A DNA stretch of 63,434 bases, the filler included, from Reticulomyxa filosa (Eukaryota > Protista > Foraminifera), in NCBI GenBank assembly GCA_000512085.1. It is 16 parts of 16 records of this genome, joined end to end, with 100 filler letters (N's around TTAATTAATTAA, not from the genome) between each part and the next. Parts side by side here need not be neighbours in the genome. Positions count along the whole stretch, not along the records: positions 1 to 2,548 come from ASPP01005424.1; positions 2,649 to 5,855 come from ASPP01004487.1; positions 5,956 to 9,731 come from ASPP01003742.1; positions 9,832 to 20,582 come from ASPP01007881.1; 12 more parts are not named here. One strand, 5' to 3'. Under the pieces are notes generated by a model. It did not search any database, was not told the origin of the DNA, and saw nothing but the letters and a program-made list of their open reading frames with translations. Below, in pieces: positions 1 through 11,192 of the stretch. Numbering within the stretch: the first letter of the stretch is position 1; every line of letters begins with the position of its first letter. A program made the translations under genes and the position numbers.

Positions 1-182
1 CTTGTCCTTGTCCTTGTTTTTGTCATTGCGTTTGGAAATCATAGAACGCCTTTTCATCTCGATGAAATTGCTCGATACGCTGCGATACTCTGTTCCGCAA
101 ACTGTACTTCTACTTCGTGTCTTATTCTTGTGTTGAGTCATTTTTATCATATTTTCGTTCCACGTTGATTGTGTGCGAATGT

Positions 183-2548
183 CTATATACACATATATAC
201 ACATATAAAAATCAATAAATGAATGAATTTGTTTTGTACTAAACAAAATGAAGCGAATGCTCGTATATTAGGAGCCAATATTTTGCAAACATTCCAAAAC
301 AGCGGATCGTTGACAATGGGCTGAATGGAGTCGATTTTGGCTTTTTTGTAATGTGACTGGACGACACAAGGATGTTCAGTTGGACGAGTGTGGTTGACCC
401 GTTTGGGGGGAGGTGGACGCGGACGATTTTTTCTGTTGTGCGGACGCGCAGTGATGATACTGGCGTGTTTCTCTTCCGAGGCAGCGCTGGACAAGAGCAG
501 CTTTTGTGGAGGCAGATGATGAGGATTGGCCAACACATGGTCTGGTGTGTGCGACCGCTTCCTGCTGATCGAGTGTTGCTTCAAATGGCGACCACGTCTT
601 TTTATCTCTTTGGAATGGCCAGCGCCTATTGCTGACGAGTCCGCGTGCGAAAGGGGTACACTATTTTGAGTCGCCGTAAAAATCGGGGTACTTGTACCTT
701 TGGCAAGGGCATGACTGAGCGCAAAAATTCTCCGTGCGTTATCTTGTGAGTGGGTGTTGATTTGCTTTTTTTTTTTTTTTTTGGCATCCAATGGGAAAAA
801 AATCATATTGAACTTTTTTAGTCCCCCTTTTTTCTTTTGAAAAAATAAATAATAATAAAAATATTTAAAAAAAAAAAACAAACAAACAAACAAAACTTTG
901 AATAATTGTTATGTGTGGCCAAAGAATTTAAAATAATTTTTGGTTTGATGGAAGGTGTGGTGTTTGCGCTGGAGGCGGAGTTGGATTGAGACCGGGACTG
1001 GCCATGCGAGCACCCGGGCGATGTTCGATTGGGCGAAGAGTGCGTGTCTGATGAACACATGCTCCCGCTCGAGTGAGGAGGGGAACACATCTTCTTCTTT
1101 GTTTGCAACACGTCGCACTGCGTGTTGGCATCGTTGTCTTTGCGCTGCGTCCTCACGGAGGCGTCTCGCGACTCCCTGGTCTTTGTCACGCGCTTTTGCG
1201 ATTCGCCGTTTTCACTTGCACCGGCAATTGGCGCGTTTTCTTCTAATGGGTTCAACGTTTCCAATTGTTTCTCTAATTCCTCTCTTATATACATATATAT
1301 ATATATATATATACATATATGTATATATATAATTTAAAAGATGTTTGTTAGAATGGAACATTGTAATAGAAAGTAAAGGAGTAACTGTGTGTGGTCCTGG
1401 CCGGGGAGGACATTGGATGACGGCACAGCACAAGGAGAAGGTGAGAGGAATGCTGTAGTGAAAGAAGTGGACGAGGAGGACGAGGAGGACGAGGAAGCAG
1501 CAGAGGAAGCGGAAGAGCGCTTGGATTCCAAAGATAACGGCGATGTGGATAAAACAGACAATGAAGATAAAGACACGGAAGGTCTTCTTTGACAACTTGA
1601 ATCAGCTTGCTTTAGTTTGTTATTGCCTTGTTTCTGTTCTATTTGTTCTTGTTCTTGTACTTGCACTTGCACTTGTTCTTGTTTTTGTTTTTGTTTTGGT
1701 GGTTTTTGTTCTTGCACTTGCACTTGCACTTGCACTTGCACTTGCACTTGCATTTGTTGTTGGTATCGCATTTTTGCCTTTTTATTTCCTTTTTCCTTAT
1801 TCAAAAGCAGCACACCATTGGTATGGTGTTTGGCACAAAGATTTCGATTAACAAAGGCGGAATTCATGCCGACGTGAAAGCCGATGGAAAAAAGAGAGTC
1901 ATCTTCCTCGTTGTTGTTGTTGTTGTTGCAATGCTGGTCGAACCACGTAGGGATAACGTGGTCTGCAAACTCGGGACGAGAAGCTGGTTTGAAAAATATT
2001 TGATACGAATGAAGCTCGTCTTTGATGTGGTTGTGCATCTTCGAAGCTACACCATTACTGTCTTCTTCTTCTTCTTCTTCTTCTTCTTCTTCTTCTTCTT
2101 CTTCTTCTTCGTCCTCATCTTGTTCATCATCTTTTTTGGAACATGAACAAGGCAATACTATGTCTCCATTCGCTGAAATAAACTTCTCCGACACGAATTC
2201 ATATAATAGCTCCTCATTTGCAAATCTTTTGCCTTTGGTCATTGGCGCTATAATCTCGTGTTTCGCCAATTCACGGCCAATTGACACTGCCTCGCTGTTT
2301 ATAGTGTAAGCACCATCACAAATAGATACTGCACGTGTATGCACACACACACACATACACACGTATATGTATAACCTTACAGTGGCCACGTGATTCGAGT
2401 CGATCAAATACTTGACAGCCTCATTTGCTAAGAAGCGTGAACGAGACATGTGTGATTGATTCGTCGTCTGAACGTATGAGTAAATGTGTTTTGCAATGGA
2501 ATACAGATGCGCTATGTTTGCATTTGGAAAGGCTGCGTAAGAAGAAGA
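183..2548 (-). CDS. DEP-domain protein, multi-exon, partial, with long low-complexity regions
   Basis: Removing a GT-AG intron (~2376-2295) gives FLANEAVKYLIDSNHVATVSEAVSIGRELAKHEIIAPMTKGKRFANEELLYEF, which fits the DEP consensus (F.G.EAV.WL...EAV.IG..L...I.....F......Y.F). Poly-E, QV and poly-S tracts follow. The downstream exon structure is uncertain. Confidence 0.7.
1711..1752. repeat. (CTTGCA)n hexamer microsatellite encoding a QV dipeptide repeat on the minus strand
   Basis: Directly visible; seven copies. Confidence 0.9.
2061..2109. repeat. (TCT)n microsatellite encoding poly-Glu on the minus strand
   Basis: Directly visible. Confidence 0.9.
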
Positions 2549-2648
2549 NNNNNNNNNNNNNNNNNNNNNNNNNNNNNNNNNNNNNNNNNNNNTTAATTAA
2601 TTAANNNNNNNNNNNNNNNNNNNNNNNNNNNNNNNNNNNNNNNNNNNN
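2549..2648. other. Artificial contig spacer N44-TTAATTAATTAA-N44 (first of 15)
   Basis: The same 100-bp spacer with stops in all six frames occurs at 2549, 5856, 9732, 20583, 22543, 23808, 27336, 32179, 40828, 42317, 48845, 51843, 55891, 58090 and 59405. Confidence 0.98.
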
Positions 2649-3450
2649 TTCATATCCACAGCAGCGAATTTTTTGAGAGGGTTGATAGTAGATAGAGAGA
2701 GAGGGGCTCGACTGCTGATATAAAATATTGCCCACGTATCCACTCAGCAGGGCCCAGCGCCGCCAATACATTTTCAATATCCAAGTTTTTGTTTTGATTG
2801 GAAAATAATGGAGCGATTTTTGAATAGTCGATCCAATTATTGATTAACACGACCTTGTTTGTTTTTGTAATAAATGGCAACAGCATTAACTCTTTTCTGT
2901 GTACACCAACAGCAGCGGCACTTAAATATTGGTGCACACAACACCAGTTCATGGTTTTGGAGTAATTGACAAATTGATAGAGTTGGAACATGGGCTGTGT
3001 TTCATCGTTGTTGTAGTCGTCATCGTTGGTACTACTCTTGGATATTGTCAGACACCATCCAGTAACTTTTATTGATGGGGCGCACTACGTGAAATTAATT
3101 CGTGTTAAGTGCGCGCAAAGTCGCCACTTGGTGTGTGTGTGTGTAGTATGTGAAGAGCAATAATCCAAGTAACATTAACAGTCGATCTTTTTTTTTTTTT
3201 TCTTTTTAAACAAATCCAACGATGATATTGTCCTTGGAATACACTTTTTCTGCATCATCTTCTTTTTTGTTAAATGATATTGACTTGGGTATCACAAAAC
3301 TTGCACATCAAATTGGAGCCACCACATCGGAAGAATACTTCCATGCGAGAGTGTCTTACTCGACCGCCATATGTGATTGTCTCTTGCAATATCTGCACCC
3401 TCTTCCATTTTTTCTTAACAATTCAATCGCTGCTGCTGTTTCGATAACAT
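2649..3450 (-). pseudogene. Decayed gene copy A1, unknown family (paralog of 4762-5560)
   Basis: Shares TCCACTCAGCAGGGCCCAGCGCC (LAALGPAEWI) and TTACTCGACCGC blocks with 4762-5560. Reading frames are broken by stops and frameshifts. Confidence 0.55.
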
Positions 3451-3513
3451 AATGTCAATATCATTTTTTTTTTTTTTTGCACGATATTTTCAAATTTTTC
3501 TTTCTGGCTGTTA

Positions 3514-4030
3514 GTGCTGCCCGATCACGAACGAAAGCAAGAAGAAAGATTGTCCTTGATTGAACTGGGACAACTTTTTGCAACTATTCCAATGCCATCA
3601 TATGGACGGATATTTCTAAATACGAAGTTCTTCCACTCTCATTGCACTTGTGATGAGAGGGATACGTCGGGTAATGGTCGTTTTTGGAATTTCTGTATCA
3701 ATTACCATGGTATCCATTCATAATATTTGGCTTGGCGGTCCGATGATGGAGTTATGGTACAATTCGTGTGTCTTCTTCGTTATTGGACGTATTCGTTCTA
3801 AGTGCAATGGTTCAACGATTTTTGATCAATACACAATTCACAAGTTAAAACCATGTCGATTTGAATCCAAATTAAAAAAAAAACAATTGATGATCTTTAC
3901 TTCTTTTTCCTGGAAAATGCAATTCGTACAAAGTATTATCACATCCAACACGTCATTTATAGTCTATATTCGATCCCAAAGAAATTACAATTGGAAAAAG
4001 ACAAATAGTGTCAATATTTGCAATCAAATA
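3514..4030 (+). pseudogene. Decayed gene copy B1, unknown family (paralog of 48945-49480)
   Basis: Blocks TIPMPSY.G.F.NTK, WYNS and GSTIF are collinear with 48945-49480. The copy is frameshifted. Confidence 0.55.
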
Positions 4031-4761
4031 TGCCACAAATTTTGCCATTATTTGATTTCATTTCACCTTGCTTGCACCACAACCACTACTTTCCAATGTT
4101 TAATGGATATATGCTGTATTCTTTGAGACATATGTTATATATAAGTATGTATTCATCACATATGTTTTAAATATTTTCCAATTACATTATAAAAAAAAAA
4201 TATTGTAACTTGGAACACAAGTTGCGCAGCTCACCCCCTTTCAATCAATCATAAGTACATTACACAGACAAAGGACCTTTCATTTTTTTTTTCCAACTTA
4301 TACTTTATGTAAAGCACAATACCATGATCCATAATCGATTCACGCCGTTGCCATTACCATTACCATTTTTGCTAGAAATTCACTTCAGCATCAACAGCAA
4401 TATTAACAGCAACAACTCATCCACCTCCATTTGCACACCTTCAAATATATATATTCAAAAATTTGAAGCAATACACAATAAATACATGTAAATAAATAAT
4501 AAGTATACGTTATAAAGATGCTATATATTAAATATGTACACATAAAACAAAAACTTTTTCAAGGAATGGACTCAATCACGAATTATAGCATCAGATAGCA
4601 GGAAAGAGACATGCGCACAAATGACCAAATACCTTGAGCCTCTTGTGTTGGAATGCGTTAATTTCAATGATAATGCTTCTCATCAAGTATTCCGTTATTT
4701 GGAACAATTGAACTTGTGACCTAGGAGAAGCTATTATCATTGAAGGGCTCTTTCACTAGCG

Positions 4762-5560
4762 CTACCATTTTTTTGAGTGGCAGTCTTGTAAATAGAAGAT
4801 CCTTCCACTTTTCAATTCAAGTGAGTCAGTTTTTGTAACCTGAAAAATTTGTTCGTGTCCACAGCGCCAATTTCTTTGATATAAGAGAGGATAGACGATG
4901 TTGTTCAATATCCACTCAGCAGGGCCCAGCGCCACCAATACATTGATAATATACAAACTTTTGTTTTGATTTGCCAAATAATAGAACGATTTTTGAGTCG
5001 TCAGTTGATTGACGCGACATTGTTGGTTTTTGTGATAAATGGCACACAGCGACATTAGTTCTCTTCCATGCAAATCAACAATAGCGACACCCAATATTGG
5101 CACACATAACATCAGTCCAACGTATTTGAGTAATTGACAATGAATAGAGGAAAACATGGACTGTGTTTCGTGGTCGCCGTCATCAGCATGGCTGGCACTG
5201 CGTTTGACATTGCCACGTTCATGAGGTAGCTTCCATTGGAGGCGCACCATGTGAAATTGATCTATGTTTAAAAATGCGCAATGTGGCTACTTATGTGTGT
5301 GTGTGTAAAGAGCAATAGCCAAAGTAATAGCGGCAAACTGTCCTTTTTTTTTTTCTTTTTAAAACAAATTTAACAATGGTATAGCCTTGGAATTTGCTTT
5401 TCTTCTTTTTTATTGTCATCTCCATTATCTTCATCTTCTTGTTCGCTGATGGCCTTGCACAAAACTCATCCACCAAATTGGAGCCACAACACCGATTGAG
5501 CGGTTCCATGTGAAAGTGGCTTACTCGACCGCAGTATATGATTATGTACTATAACGTCCG
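4762..5560 (-). pseudogene. Decayed gene copy A2 (direct repeat of 2649-3450)
   Basis: Collinear nucleotide similarity to A1 with different lesions. Confidence 0.55.
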
Positions 5561-6413
5561 CATCCAATCAATCCGAATCCAAAATTGCTAATGTGCAAAC
5601 TCAAAACACAAACAAACATATTCGCATTTATCCACGACACACAAAGACAAAAAATTACTTACTTTATGTTGGTATCCCGCGCGGGAATAATCATTTTAAA
5701 TATATAAAAAAATTAATTATTTTAAATCTCAATTTTTTTCATTTATCATCTTTGTTCTTTTTTCTTTTTTTTTTCTTTTTTTCTTTTTTCTTTTTTCTTT
5801 TTTCTTTTTAGTATCACTTTTTTTTTCTTATTACTACATTTATTTTTTTTTCTTCNNNNNNNNNNNNNNNNNNNNNNNNNNNNNNNNNNNNNNNNNNNNT
5901 TAATTAATTAANNNNNNNNNNNNNNNNNNNNNNNNNNNNNNNNNNNNNNNNNNNNAAATTGTGGCATCAATTTTAATTCATAACGTTCAATTATTATCTC
6001 CTTACCCTCTCCTCCTCTTCTTTCAAAGCCTTGCACAATTTCGCTGCACTAGCTTGTTTCTATATCAGTTTTTTTTTTTTTTTTTTTTTTAATAGTCTAA
6101 TTTCTTTTATTCCTTTCATTAATGCAGGATATTCTCTGCACTATTGGTGTAAATATTTTATTCAATCAAAGAAGGTGCCAAAATATAGCACGTTTTTTTT
6201 TTGGACTTGGAGTATTTATAAATTTGCATTGATTTTAATCTGTTGCTTATCCTTCATTTGTCAATTCAAGCGGTCTCGATCCCAAACAAAAAAGAACCAA
6301 CCTCTTTCAGTTTGTTTTTTTTCTTTTTGCAACGAAAGGAGATACGAAAAACTCCAAATAAAAAAACTTTCCGGGAATTTCGAAGCAAACATATTGAATA
6401 ATTTGAAGAAAAA

Positions 6414-9007
6414 ATGTCATTCAAAGCGTGCCTGAATGATGGAATAAAAGTGCATACACTACTGTTAACAGAATTGACCATTAAAAATTTAAAACAGCAA
6501 GTCACGCAAGCGTCCCGATCAACACAGGTAGACTCCGTGCTGGTAACAATAACAGATGGAAATGGTTGTTATGTTGAAACTGACAAAAGTGTAGCAGATG
6601 TATTTGCAAAGGAGCCAGTGTATTTTATTGCTCACTTTCAACCAAGTTTCTTTCCTTGTTGTAAAGCGATGTGTGTTTGTGTTGTGTTTGAGATTGACTT
6701 GCAACACTTACATAAAACAATCAAGTAGAAGAGACCCAAAAAAAGGACAACATTGTGAAAGAAAAAGAATATGAGAAAGAAACGCCAGCGTCATACAAAA
6801 TAAAAAATCCATTGGTGTTATTGGCAGGAGCAATGAAACAGCAACACTGGTATTTTAAAAGCGTACAGAAAGATCTTGATTTATTGCAAACTTTATTTCA
6901 ATCGAAATTTGGTTATCAAGTGTTTAATGCTTATCGTTTGCCAAATGTATTCAAAGAATCATTCAGTTTGGATGGACTCAATACATTTCTTTTGGAACAT
7001 TGTTTGGACGTGGCGGACTTTGAAAAAGATGGCAGCAATTCCTATGATGGATTGATCTTTGTATGGTATCGTGGACATGAAGAATATGAAAGCGAAGACG
7101 AATCATTGCACATCAACAACATAGACCCGAAAGATATCCAAGACATTTTTGCGGAGCAAACTGCATATTTTGTGGGAAAGCCAAAGATATTTATCAATAT
7201 TGCTTATGTTGAGCAAGAGCAATACAATTACATTGCAACCAATTTGGAAACCCAAAACAACAGCAATAATAATGTGTGGCGACACCATCAGGACAAAGAT
7301 ATATTTACAATTTTTGTCATGTCCACAACGAACAGTTCAGAAAGTGACAGTGACAGTGACAATGACATAAAAGAGAGCTGTTTCACAAAAATGTTTTGTC
7401 AGATTGTTGAAAAAAACATCACCAAACGTCTGAACGTTATTTTGAATCATGCCATTGGGACTACGCTTGAGCAAACATTGAACAGAGAGATTGCACAGAC
7501 TGGTTCGATGGCTCAGTCTGAAATTTATCTCATCTCGTCCAGTCCGGTTCATTCACGTAATCAAGATAATCATGGAGATGCAGAGATTAAATGTGCAGAG
7601 ATGGCAGAAATGAAAGAAGAGGAAAAGGAGAGGGATAACAGCGTCACAGAAACTTTGGATTTCAAAAAATACTGGAACAGAAAGTGGAGAAGATGCAATG
7701 CAGAAGCGACCAAAATAGTTAGACAGATGCTTGACCAACACGAGCAGGGATTGGTGATGGTTGTGTATGGCTCCTTTCGATGGAAAAATCTGAAAGACAA
7801 ATTTGCTGCATTTATTGCATTGGTGAACAATGACAATGTGGAACAAAAACAGTTTGAAGAATACTGGTTATATGTGATCAAAAGAAAAGTGATAGTATTG
7901 GACGCTGTAAATATTGATGGAAATGTATATGCTGTCGATTGTGAAATTCAGTGTAAAGGGAGCGTAAACATAGCCATACAACTCTTTGTGACAAAGAATG
8001 CGATGATCGATCCAGTTTTGAAACGATCCATTGCACCTATTCAATGGAACACTCAAATGCATCACGACATTCCAGTACAATTGCAGGCCTTTGAAGATGA
8101 TGAAGAAAAGTGCTCGGAAAAAAAACAGTTTGATATTGCCATCATTCACTTGCAAAAACATTTGCAAATTGCTATTGACCAATTTGGATTGCATCATCCT
8201 TATGTTGCAATTTCGTACAATATGATTGGAAATGCACATTATTATAATAAGCAATATGACAAGTCAATTGAATTCTATGAAAAGTCATTGAAATCCATCT
8301 TGAGCATCTTTGGTACAAATTATTCGATTGTCGCACAATTGTATCACAACTTGGGAAACACATACAATGACAAATTCCAGTATGAAAAGGCAAACGAATG
8401 TCATGAGAAAGCTTTGAAAATCAGATTGAATATTTTTGGGGAAACTCATGTTGATGTCGCTTGGTCATATATTAGTGTTGGAAATGCATTCTTTAATAAA
8501 AGTCAATATTCGCAGGCCATCGAATTTTATGAAAAGTCCTTAAAGATAAGATTGGATATTTTCGGGATCGACAATGTTGATGTTGCTTGGTCATATCTCA
8601 ATATAGGCAATTCTTATTTTAATAAGGGGCACTACAGCCAAGCCATTGAGTCCTATGACATGCTATTAAAAATTCGATTGTTAATTTTTGGTGTTGATAA
8701 TATCGACGTCGCTTGGGCAAACAACAATTTGGCAAATGCTTATCAAAATGACGGACAGCTCGTCAAAGCGATTGAATATCACCAGAAAGCACTGGAGATA
8801 CGACGAAGGATACTTGGGAAGGTGCACAAAAGTGTTGGAGATTCGTGTTGGCGATTGGCTCTGGCGTTTCAACAAAGGGAAGACAAAGCAACTGCTCGCA
8901 AATATTTTGAAGAGGCATGGAAAGTTAACAGCGTATTGCTGGGAGAATGGCACGAACAAACGTGGGAAGCAAAAAGAAATGTCGAATTGAATAATACATC
9001 CTCATGA
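6414..9007 (+). CDS. Ubiquitin/PB1-like + caspase-fold (peptidase C14-like, Cys->Tyr) + unknown domain + TPR array protein (~836 aa, 2 exons)
   Basis: Exon 1 (6414-6645) splices in frame to exon 2 (intron 6646-6725/6728). Caspase-like motifs are YDGLIFVWYRGHE, FVGKPKIFINIAY and DIFTIF..STT...SCFTKMFCQIV. The C-terminus has 42-aa kinesin-light-chain-type TPRs (VAxSYxxIGN...AIEFYEKSLKIRLDIFG). Confidence 0.85.
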
Positions 9008-9384
9008 CAACAAGGCAAAATGGGGTTGTCCAGTTTGTTTAATACTTGGTGTGGTTATTTTTTTTTTAATAAAAGCATTTGGCTCTGTACGTAATCTATA
9101 AAACCGAAAATAGGCGATTTTTTCAATAAAATAAAATAAAATAGCGAAGTTCTATTACTAACTCGATACAGTCAATTTATTTATATCAAAAGAAAAACTA
9201 TAGACCTATTATAAAAATGGAATAAATGTTCATCTTGTTCTTTAGTGTCCAATTAAATGAAAAATATAATAATGAAGATTAAACATTTGGTACAGACAAA
9301 GGGATAACTACAGATATAGTTTGATTTTCAAAAGTTGAAGTCGGATAATAATAATAATAATAATAAATAAATAAATAAAAAGAA

Positions 9385-9731
9385 ATGCGGCAGACACCAA
9401 CAACACGTTCGTATTCAGTTCGACCATCTTTACAAGTGAAAACACCAGAAGCATTGCTAAAGACGGCCGAGAGTATAAAATCGCTGGGAAGGAAGGGGAC
9501 GGATGGAGCGCCTTCATCTTCGCGAGTGCGTGCAAGTACAGTATCAAAGACCCCGTCTACAACCTATAATAACATGATGAAGAAGGGATCTGTGGAGGAC
9601 AATATACTGTTCGATTACAACGTGTTTATTACGTCATGGCAAGACAAGATACGAATGAAGCATTACCATAAGTGTGAAGAGTATTGTCGCAATAACATCC
9701 AATTGCTATTGAACGCAGAGCAAAAGATGGA
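9385..9731 (+). CDS. Hypothetical protein, 3'-truncated by the contig end
   Basis: ATG-initiated open frame of protein-like composition running into the spacer; no recognised motif. Confidence 0.45.
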
Positions 9732-9831
9732 NNNNNNNNNNNNNNNNNNNNNNNNNNNNNNNNNNNNNNNNNNNNTTAATTAATTAANNNNNNNNNNNNN
9801 NNNNNNNNNNNNNNNNNNNNNNNNNNNNNNN

Positions 9832-9868
<37 letters not shown>

Positions 9869-9875
9869 AGGCCAA

Positions 9876-10930
9876 AACTTGTTGAATTGCATGAAATAAT
9901 CGTTGCATTTGCATTTGTGTTAATGCATTGCATTTGACACAGGGATGTATCCCACTTTGATAGCACACTTCGTCCGCGATCCAATTGCCAACACCGGCTA
10001 TAAATGACTGATCCAAAAGTGCTCCTTTGAGCTGTTAAAAAAGTTGGTCATGGCAGAAGCAATGTGACTGAAAAGCATTTGTCACTCAAAGTTCAAAGCG
10101 AAACAAAACAAACATAAAAAAAAAAATAAAATAAAATAAAAGGGGACGAAAAAGATCAGCAACTGAGCATGCTCGAGTCTCCAATAAACTGCAAAAGGTT
10201 TTGAGATCGCACATGCCGTGCAATGGGTCATATCCCAAACCTGTCACTGGTTTGTCTTGTTTGGGCTATTTCAATCGTTTAATTTTTGTCGTTGTTGTGA
10301 TAATGCAATGCATTATATATACATATATACATATATATGTATATATATGTATATATGTATATATGTATATATGTTTATAATGTTTATAATGTTTATAATG
10401 TTTATAATGTACACGAAACATTAATTTTGTGAATTCGAATGCGACCAAATCGACGAGGATCTGTGAACGCAATTTTGGTTCCATCGTTTAATGTCAATAA
10501 CAACTTGTAATACTTTGGTGGCCATTCGTCACATTTGGTTGCTGGAAATCGATAATAAAAGGTCACTGGCTTTCCGGACACAACTATACGTCCGGTCATT
10601 CCCAAATGAAATGACACGTGAGGCTTTTTCTTCATTTCCAACCAAACCACTTTCCCATGTCGGCCTGTCTTCACTATTTTTTGATGTAACAAACTCGTAA
10701 CCACTTCCGACTGTCTTTGTCCTTCAAAGAGCAATGTGTCCTCCACTGCCTCCACTTTCACTATTGTTTTATTCAATGCACATTCTTCCAATAACTGTCT
10801 TGTTGTTTCTACTTCCGGTAGCTGCCAACAACAACATAAGCACAAGCACAAAGAGAACTCATACTCCTCTTTTATTTTAAAGAGTTTTGTTTTTTTTGAG
10901 AAATGAAAATAAAATCACAACTTCTGGCAT
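9876..10930 (-). CDS. mutM: Formamidopyrimidine-DNA glycosylase (Fpg/MutM, plant/fungal type), 3'-partial
   Basis: A 9-nt exon MPE (10930-10922) plus exon 2 gives MPELPEVE. Further motifs are HLGMTG, FTDPRRFGRI, LGYDPL and the H2TH motif LLDQSFIAGVGNWIADEVCYQSGIHP. Confidence 0.95.
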
Positions 10931-11192
10931 GATTATATATTATAACGCTCATTCATTTATAAAAAAAAAAAGGGTCTCCCGACAAGAAGAATTATAAGTG
11001 CAGATTACACTATCGCAAATTATATTATGACTTTCAATTATAATTGTATCAATTTTTCTTTTGCTTTTTTGAAAAATTAAATTTCCGAAAGAACAACGAT
11101 CACTTTTCTTCATAATTTGACGAAAAGATTAGACTTTATGTTATGTGCCTTTAGAATATGGAAAGAGAGTACGCTCGTCGCACTATTTTTAA

